In this document: one piece after another, positions 48,762-54,949 of the stretch
How positions within the stretch are numbered: position 1 is the stretch's first letter
Layout: each line of letters starts with the position of its first letter
NCBI GenBank assembly: GCA_031261965.1
Contig: JAISIP010000146.1
Location: forward strand, 1-54,949
Length of the DNA stretch: 54,949 nucleotides
Direction: 5' to 3'
Source: Victivallales bacterium
GTDB taxonomy: Bacteria; Verrucomicrobiota; Lentisphaeria; Victivallales; Victivallaceae
Program-made: the position numbers and the translations under genes
Notes under the pieces: generated by a model
What the model saw: only the letters and a program-made list of their open reading frames with translations
What the model was told of the DNA's origin: nothing
Database searches by the model: none

Positions 48762-48811
48762 ATGCTGGTGTGTTTTGATTTAGAGGTAGCTTTTAGGAAA
48801 ATTTAGATAGG

Positions 48812-49225
48812 ATGAACAAAAAAATGAATTCTCTGCCCAAGGGCGACGAGACAATCTTGATCGTTGACGACCATGAGACGATTTGGGATTTTCTGATTGA
48901 AGCGTTGCAGGAGCTGGGCTACTCGGTGCTTCTCGCCGAGAACGGGCTTGATGCCGTTGAAATTTACGAGGCGAATCCCAATCAAATCGATCTGGTTTTG
49001 CTCGATATGATTATGCCCAAACAAGGCGGACATCAGACCTTTTTCAAGATTCGGTCGCTTGACCCCAACGCCAAAATTCTGCTTTCAAGCGGTTTTGTAT
49101 CCGAAGCGGAAGTAAACGACTTGCTCAAGCAGGGTGCGTGTGGATTTTTGCCCAAACCGCACCGCCTTCCGACCGTGGCAAAAGCGATTCGCAACGTTCT
49201 CGACACCGGGCGTGTCGCCGGGTGA
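48812..49225 (+). CDS. Single-domain response regulator (receiver)
   Basis: ILIVDD, LLDMIMP, SSG, FLPKP. Confidence 0.92.
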   Translation: MNKKMNSLPKGDETILIVDDHETIWDFLIEALQELGYSVLLAENGLDAVEIYEANPNQIDLVLLDMIMPKQGGHQTFFKIRSLDPNAKILLSSGFVSEAEVNDLLKQGACGFLPKPHRLPTVAKAIRNVLDTGRVAG

Positions 49226-49232
49226 GTTAACC

Positions 49233-49526
49233 GTGGACGATTGGGTCGAAATCAACCGCGACGAGCGGCATATAAAAAAAGAACGCGCCAAAGCACGCGA
49301 ACTGCGCAAAACCCCCTACTTTCAAAATCTGCTTCAACGCGGAGTTTGCCACTATTGCGGCAAAACGTTCACACCCGAAGAACTGACTTTGGATCATATT
49401 GTCCCGGTATCCCGGGGCGGTAAAAGCACCCGTGGCAATCTGGTTGCCGCTTGCCGTGCGTGCAATCAGGCAAAAAAATTCTTGACCCCCGCCGAGATGT
49501 TGCTCCGTCAATTGGAAAAAGAGTAA
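49233..49526 (+). CDS. Small HNH endonuclease
   Basis: CHYC..DHIVPVSRGG..N..CRACN; probable GTG start. Confidence 0.85.
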   Translation: MDDWVEINRDERHIKKERAKARELRKTPYFQNLLQRGVCHYCGKTFTPEELTLDHIVPVSRGGKSTRGNLVAACRACNQAKKFLTPAEMLLRQLEKE

Positions 49527-49654
49527 TATCCCAAAAAGACAATCTTTCTACAATATCGACAATATTGTTATTTTCTCCGAAAATTATCTTTACTTTTTTG
49601 CAAAATAGTGATACCTTTTTGCTGATTCAACCATATCAACAGGAAAAGTTTATC

Positions 49655-52465
49655 ATGGACATCTCGGCATCATGGATTTGGTCGGACGATTCCGACGGGC
49701 GTGACTACAATCTTTGCTCAATATTTCGGCGCGATTTTCGGCTTGAGACTGTCCCGGAATCAGCTCACCTGAAGATCACCGCCGACAGTTATTATCGGCT
49801 GAAAGTCAATGGGCAATGGCTCGGAGACGGTCCTGCCCGCGCCTACCCGGAACACTATCAATACGAAGTTTACGATCTAAACGGCATTCTAAGGAGCGGT
49901 CAAAACCAAATCGAAGCGACTGTCCGCTACTACGGGTGCGGAACGTTTCACCAAATTCCGCAACGCGCCGGTTTTTTAGCTCAATTGGAGATGACCAACC
50001 CCGATCAAATTATAGTCAGCGACGAAAACTTTTTTGCCGCAAAAGTACCGCAATGGATCACTTCAACGGTCAAATCATCGATTCAATTGCCTCCGTATGA
50101 AATTTTTGACGCTTCTATTTTAGATAAACTCGACTGGAAACCCGCCACAAAAATTTGCGCTGCCCAAGACGGAGCGTATCGCGATCTTCACGAACGCGAC
50201 TGCAAAATTCTTTCGCGCCACGAATTCCTCTTGCGTCGTTTTGTCGGGGGGAATCGGGTTCAAAAAGCGGGAATCACCATCGCTGTATCGCCGAAAAAAA
50301 TCTATTTTCCCGGCGATGTCACGGCAAATTGCTCCGATGTTCTGCCGCTTTTGGTCGCGTTTCGGGTCAAATCGCCACGTACTCAAACCATTCGCTTTGG
50401 AAGTTTGAATCTAAATGTCAGCGTCAACGGGCAAATCTCCTCTGACGACAAAATAACGTTGAAGCAAGGCGATAATCTCATAGTCGCGGCAAGCAATAAT
50501 TTGAGCTACGGGCATTTGGTCGATAGTGCGATCACCTTGCCCGCCGATGCCGAGCTTGAGATTCAGAGCTGCTACGACACTTCCGGGCGAATCGCCGTGG
50601 TGGATTTGAGCCGAATCGCCCACTTGTCTTCGGATATTCCGTTTCGTGAGCCGGACAGTCCCAACAACGCCCGCTATGAGGAGTTCAGTCGTGTCGCCGA
50701 GGCGGCGTTGAAGATTCAAAGCGCAAACGAGTTTTGCCAAAAATATCCTGAAGTTCGTTTATTTGAGCGTTCGGAACTTTCCATTGACCCGTACCCGGCG
50801 TTTATGTTGCGAGAGGTGCAGAATTTGCAGGCGAACGACCTTGAAAACCCCGACGCGCTTATTTTCAACGACGACAGTTGTACTGTGGTCAACCCGACTC
50901 CCGGTTGCGATGTTGAATTATGTTACGACCTTGGCGAACAAAATGTCGGCTTTTGGAACTTCGCGTTGTTCGCCGCCTCCGGGACGGTTATCGATCTTAC
51001 CGCGATCGAATACATCACCCCCGACGGGCGGCTGCAACATACCCGGGGCGACTATCGCAACGGTATGCGCTATATCTGCCGTGAGGGATACAACCGCTAC
51101 AGCAGTTTGCACCGGCGGAGCGGAAGATACTTGTTTATCACTATTAGAAATGCCGCCAAACCGGTGCGTATTCAGCTGTTGCGGTTGATAGAATCGACCT
51201 ACCCGGTGGTTCCCGAAGGTGAGTTCCACGCCAGCGATTTACGGCTTGAACGCATCTACGAAATTTCGGCGCGGACGCTCAAGCTTTGCATGGAAGACAC
51301 CTTTACCGACTGCCCGCTCTATGAGCAGACCCTCTGGGTCGGCGATGCCCGCAACGAGAGTCTCTTTGCCATGTCCTGTTTCGGGGCTTACGATTTGGTG
51401 CGTCGCTGTATTCGCCTTGCTGGGCAATCGCTCGAACGTTTCCCGCTGGTCGGCAGCCAAGTACCCTCCGGCTGGAGCAGCATTATTCCGGTATGGAGCT
51501 TTTTGTGGGGGATGTCGGTCGAGGATTACTGTTATGAAACCGGCGATCTGAAGTTCGGTCGCGAAGTTTGGCCGATGGTGATTCGCAACCTTGACGGCGC
51601 AAAAGCGCTGATTGACCCGGTGAGCGGACTCTTTTCTTGTTATGACTGGAATTTGTTTGAGTGGAGCAAGACCGATTGTAGTCACCCGACAATGTTGTAC
51701 AACTCGATGTTTTTGGTCGCCACGTTATCCAGCGCGATCAGGCTGGGTGAATCGCTCAACGAGCCGATGGAGTCTTACAAAGAGTGTTGCGAAAAACTCA
51801 AAAAAGCCATTAACAATAAATGGGATTCGCGCAAATTGGCGTGGCCGGATTCGATTCACGCCGACGGAACGGTCTCTGAAGATGTCTCCATGCACACAAG
51901 TATGCTCGCTTTACTTTATGACATCGCTGAGTCGAAGTTCATCGCCGCCGCCCGGGCGAACACGGTTACGCCACGTCCGGAGCTGATCAAAATCGGTTCG
52001 CCGTTTGCTCTGCTCTATTTATATTTGAGCTTGGAAAAACTCGGTATGCCGGATGAAATCATGAAAAATATCTACCGCGACTATATGCCGATGCTCGAAC
52101 TCGGTTCGACTACGGTCTGGGAGAGCTTCCCCCGCGGAACCAACACCCCCAGTGACTTTCCGAGCCGTAGCCACTGCCACGGCTGGTCCGCAGCACCGCT
52201 TTACTTTTTGCCCCGGTTGATTTTAGGAATCGTCCCGGAGTCTCCCGGCGCGACAAAGTTCGGAATTTCACCGAGAATCAGTGATCTGGAACACGCTTCG
52301 GGGGCGCGTCCGACTGTCCACGGCCGCATTGAGGTTTCCTGGGTTAAAAAGGGCAATCAGTTGCATATAAACGCCCACGCACCCCAAAATGTGGAGCTAA
52401 ATTATCGCAAAAACGATACCCATGCCGACTTTGAGGTGTTTTTTAACCAAAAAGTGGTAAACTAA
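49655..52465 (+). CDS. GH78 alpha-L-rhamnosidase-like glycoside hydrolase
   Basis: TADSYYRLKVNG, FTDCPLYEQ..WVGD, TTVWE, SHCHGWSAAP; start moved to ATG at 49655. Confidence 0.85.
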   Translation: MDISASWIWSDDSDGRDYNLCSIFRRDFRLETVPESAHLKITADSYYRLKVNGQWLGDGPARAYPEHYQYEVYDLNGILRSGQNQIEATVRYYGCGTFHQIPQRAGFLAQLEMTNPDQIIVSDENFFAAKVPQWITSTVKSSIQLPPYEIFDASILDKLDWKPATKICAAQDGAYRDLHERDCKILSRHEFLLRRFVGGNRVQKAGITIAVSPKKIYFPGDVTANCSDVLPLLVAFRVKSPRTQTIRFGSLNLNVSVNGQISSDDKITLKQGDNLIVAASNNLSYGHLVDSAITLPADAELEIQSCYDTSGRIAVVDLSRIAHLSSDIPFREPDSPNNARYEEFSRVAEAALKIQSANEFCQKYPEVRLFERSELSIDPYPAFMLREVQNLQANDLENPDALIFNDDSCTVVNPTPGCDVELCYDLGEQNVGFWNFALFAASGTVIDLTAIEYITPDGRLQHTRGDYRNGMRYICREGYNRYSSLHRRSGRYLFITIRNAAKPVRIQLLRLIESTYPVVPEGEFHASDLRLERIYEISARTLKLCMEDTFTDCPLYEQTLWVGDARNESLFAMSCFGAYDLVRRCIRLAGQSLERFPLVGSQVPSGWSSIIPVWSFLWGMSVEDYCYETGDLKFGREVWPMVIRNLDGAKALIDPVSGLFSCYDWNLFEWSKTDCSHPTMLYNSMFLVATLSSAIRLGESLNEPMESYKECCEKLKKAINNKWDSRKLAWPDSIHADGTVSEDVSMHTSMLALLYDIAESKFIAAARANTVTPRPELIKIGSPFALLYLYLSLEKLGMPDEIMKNIYRDYMPMLELGSTTVWESFPRGTNTPSDFPSRSHCHGWSAAPLYFLPRLILGIVPESPGATKFGISPRISDLEHASGARPTVHGRIEVSWVKKGNQLHINAHAPQNVELNYRKNDTHADFEVFFNQKVVN

Positions 52466-52483
52466 CGTCGATTATAAAAAAGT

Positions 52484-52649
52484 AGGGTATCTCTAAAAAC
52501 TCGCTTTGAGTTAAAAATTAGCAGATCCACAACATGGAGGTGCAATTTTGCAAGTAGCTGGCTAATATAGAGTTAACCAGCTATACGCAAGATCGCACAT
52601 ACAATCGTGAGCTACAATTTTTAGCCAAATTTCCAGTTTTTAGAGGCAG
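52484..52649 (-). mobile_element. Palindromic MITE-like repeat, copy 4 (inverted, most diverged)
   Basis: agggtatctctaaaaact...agtttttagaggcag; overlaps the 3' end of the hydrolase gene. Confidence 0.8.
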
Positions 52650-53256
52650 ATAGTAGATAATATCCGATAATAGCAATAATTAAATAAAAAAGAAGTGTGC
52701 CGGCAGCGGAATCGGTTTTCCAGGTAAAAGCGTTGCCCGCACTCTTTTTTTCGGTTGCTCCGATAAAATTCCAGGCATAGAGTTCATCCAGCAAAAGATG
52801 CGAAATGTATCCGCCCGCCACCGACAAGGCAAACGCAAAACGTACTGTCAAGCTTGAATCAACAAAAATTAAAAACGTTATTTCCCCCGATAAGATTGCC
52901 GCAGGAATCGAATGAAACGCGCCGCGATGTCGGGAAAAATGACAGAGAAAGAAGTCCGTGCCGTAGCGAATCACCACATACAACCCGATTATCCAACCCA
53001 AACGCGCCTCGTTGGTCAAGCCGTGCCAATGACTCCCCAACAGCAAAAACGGAATTCCCACGCCGAGAATCCCGAGTAAGATTTGGCGCGGTCGGGCGTT
53101 TTTGCCGTCGATGTCCGGCAGAGCCGCGCCGATCATTCCGAGAACTCCGAGTACCACCGATTGGGCGATATTGCACCAGTTTGTCAAAAAAGCGGCAAAT
53201 CCGGCGAAAACTCCCCATAACCCGCCCAACACCATATGTGTCCTGAAATTCGCCAT
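52621..53256 (-). CDS. YdjM-like membrane metal-dependent hydrolase
   Basis: MANFRTH, LPDID, HRGAFHS, SHLLLDE. Confidence 0.85.
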   Translation of the reverse strand: MANFRTHMVLGGLWGVFAGFAAFLTNWCNIAQSVVLGVLGMIGAALPDIDGKNARPRQILLGILGVGIPFLLLGSHWHGLTNEARLGWIIGLYVVIRYGTDFFLCHFSRHRGAFHSIPAAILSGEITFLIFVDSSLTVRFAFALSVAGGYISHLLLDELYAWNFIGATEKKSAGNAFTWKTDSAAGTLLFYLIIAIIGYYLLSASKNWKFG

Positions 53257-54059
53257 TAGCTCCACTCTTTCGCGGCAACTGTAAGCAACAAAGTAAGTAC
53301 CCCAAACAGCAACAAAAGGTAAAAAAGCAACCCGCAAAGCATCGCCGAGCAACGAATCGCAATTAGCGGCAAGCAGACTCCGTCTATCGGCAGTAACGCT
53401 ACAGCAATCGCCAACAACAGCAGCAGCCCAATTAGTGCGGCTGCCGCGCTTTTAGTCCCCGACAAATCGGTGCGGCTCAACGTGATTTGCGAGCCGATCG
53501 CGATAACTGCATACAGCCATAGCCAAAATTTCCAGTCGGACAAAATTTGGGTTTCAACCCAAACCCGGCAAAGCGTGATAAACGTCGAGCGAAACTGCGT
53601 TTTAAATGCCGCTAAACCGCTTTCCGGTAGATCGGGAAACGTCAAAAATTCGGTCGGCAACAGTAACAACGTCAAAAACACTATCGCTGCCACACCAAAA
53701 AAAAGCGGGGCAATTCCGATGAAAAAACAACCGAGATTTTGCCAAAAGCTGTTTTTATCCCACTTGTGACTCACCCATCCGAGGTTGCCGTTTTTTTGCG
53801 GAGAAAACAAAACAAATTCGGTAATTTCGTGGTGAAACACCACGCAGAGCAAGGCATGACTGAACTCGTGCAACATCACCCCGGGAGCAGTCAGCCACAC
53901 GTACAATCTCGTCCCGAAGAGCTTGGCGCAACACACCCGAAAACGACCCGAAACAAATTGCAACGCTACTCCGATTAGCAATAGCGGAAAAATTCCGACC
54001 GCAAGATACAGCAATGCCAATAACCCGATTCGCCCGACTCCTTCACAAAATTCCGCCAT
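53256..54059 (-). CDS. Membrane zinc metallopeptidase, M50-like
   Basis: PGVMLHEFSHALLC (HExxH), IGIAP, LSRTD, several TM helices. Confidence 0.72.
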   Translation of the reverse strand: MAEFCEGVGRIGLLALLYLAVGIFPLLLIGVALQFVSGRFRVCCAKLFGTRLYVWLTAPGVMLHEFSHALLCVVFHHEITEFVLFSPQKNGNLGWVSHKWDKNSFWQNLGCFFIGIAPLFFGVAAIVFLTLLLLPTEFLTFPDLPESGLAAFKTQFRSTFITLCRVWVETQILSDWKFWLWLYAVIAIGSQITLSRTDLSGTKSAAAALIGLLLLLAIAVALLPIDGVCLPLIAIRCSAMLCGLLFYLLLLFGVLTLLLTVAAKEWS

Positions 54060-54071
54060 CGTGTTTTTTGT

Positions 54072-54413
54072 TTACCCTCGAAAGATAAAATAGACCGCCC
54101 CCGCGATACAGATGGCGGCATAGAGATAATTCCACGACAGCGATTCTTTCATGTAGAGAATCGAAAACGGCACAAACACCGAAAGCGCGATTGCCTCCTG
54201 CAAGATTTTCAACTGTCCGAGCGAAAGCACGTTGTGTCCGATTCGATTCGCCGGAACTTGAAGCAGATATTCAAAGAAAGCAACTGCCCAACTCGCCATG
54301 GCGGCGATATACCACGCCCGCCCGGAGAGGTTCTTCAAATGACCGTACCACGCGAACGTCATAAAGATGTTCGAGAGGATCAATAATCCGATGGTAATAA
54401 GAACTGGACGCAT
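54072..54413 (-). CDS. DMT family protein (DUF486-like)
   Basis: SNIFMTFAWYGHLK, FEYLLQVPANRIG, QLKILQE. Confidence 0.9.
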   Translation of the reverse strand: MRPVLITIGLLILSNIFMTFAWYGHLKNLSGRAWYIAAMASWAVAFFEYLLQVPANRIGHNVLSLGQLKILQEAIALSVFVPFSILYMKESLSWNYLYAAICIAGAVYFIFRG

Positions 54414-54416
54414 CTT

Positions 54417-54920
54417 CTATTTCGTCAACTCCACTGCTACGCTTTTGATCGCTTTGGGGTCGCAGCCATCGGGGAATGAAAAAACGACCCAAGTTGCGTC
54501 GTCGGCATCTATATCAACCTCGGAGTGCGCCCGCCCGATCTCCTCTTGAGCCGCATTGAGTGCCCTCGCTCTGAGCTTGCCTGCAAATCCGTATTTGGCG
54601 ATCACATAAAGTTCAAATTTATTCCCCGCCATTTTCGATGACGTACTTTCCAGCCCGCAACTTTCAAACTCCGGGCTTTTTACCACCGGCAAAGCACCCG
54701 CGCCTACGGTTGTTTTTTTTGCGTCGATCGCACTATTGACGGAGCTTTGCCGGTGATTGCGCAAATGGTGCGGCTGATCCGGCAACAGTCTGAATTCCGG
54801 GTCGGGGCGAAGCGGTTCAAATGCGGCGCGGCGCTGTTCCCGTCTGGCCTCCACCCCGGCACACCCGGATAAGATGATTGCCGCCAGACAGAGGACAAAA
54901 TAGAAGTAATTTTTTTTCAT
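54417..54920 (-). CDS. Hypothetical lipoprotein
   Basis: LSGC lipobox. Confidence 0.7.
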   Translation of the reverse strand: MKKNYFYFVLCLAAIILSGCAGVEARREQRRAAFEPLRPDPEFRLLPDQPHHLRNHRQSSVNSAIDAKKTTVGAGALPVVKSPEFESCGLESTSSKMAGNKFELYVIAKYGFAGKLRARALNAAQEEIGRAHSEVDIDADDATWVVFSFPDGCDPKAIKSVAVELTK

Positions 54921-54935
54921 TCGGCCTTTTCCTCA

Positions 54936-54949
54936 AGGCTACCTCTAAA
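54936..54949 (+). repeat. MITE left end cut off by the window edge
   Basis: aggctacctctaaa, identical to the start of copy 1. Confidence 0.65.

Noticed and set aside
49451-49654. N-terminal extensions in the ORF track (GH78; also rsmE, tpiA, pal, ribD, HNH, hydrolase)
   Set aside because: They run through intergenic or overlapping sequence; downstream starts fit RBS position or family N-termini better.

Overview
Mostly + strand core chromosome, probably from a PVC-superphylum bacterium such as Lentisphaerae/Victivallales (inferred from gene content). Order: prmC-rsmE; V/A-type ATPase soluble-sector genes (E, DUF2764/C-like, A, B, D, with no I or K in the window); DAHP synthase; rhaB; a family-5 solute-binding protein; an AT-rich minus-strand islet with a DUF6036-like nucleotidyltransferase and a wHTH partner; mtaB; PTS EIIA-CBS; tpiA-secG; an Akkermansia Amuc_1102-1098-like pilus/secretion cluster with two tandem secretins; pal; metK-adenosine kinase-ahcY; thrS-infC-rpmI-rplT-pheST; ribH-nusB-ftsY-ribD-ribE-pdxJ-murJ; a receiver protein, a small HNH protein, a GH78 enzyme and a four-gene envelope operon. 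The main unannotated structure is a ~168-bp palindromic MITE-like repeat: four near-full copies, several collapsed or solo ends, and compensatory base changes in its central stem. One copy and one remnant supply gene stop codons. No rRNA, tRNA, CRISPR array or transposase was seen. Family assignments come from motif recognition by eye, not database searches.
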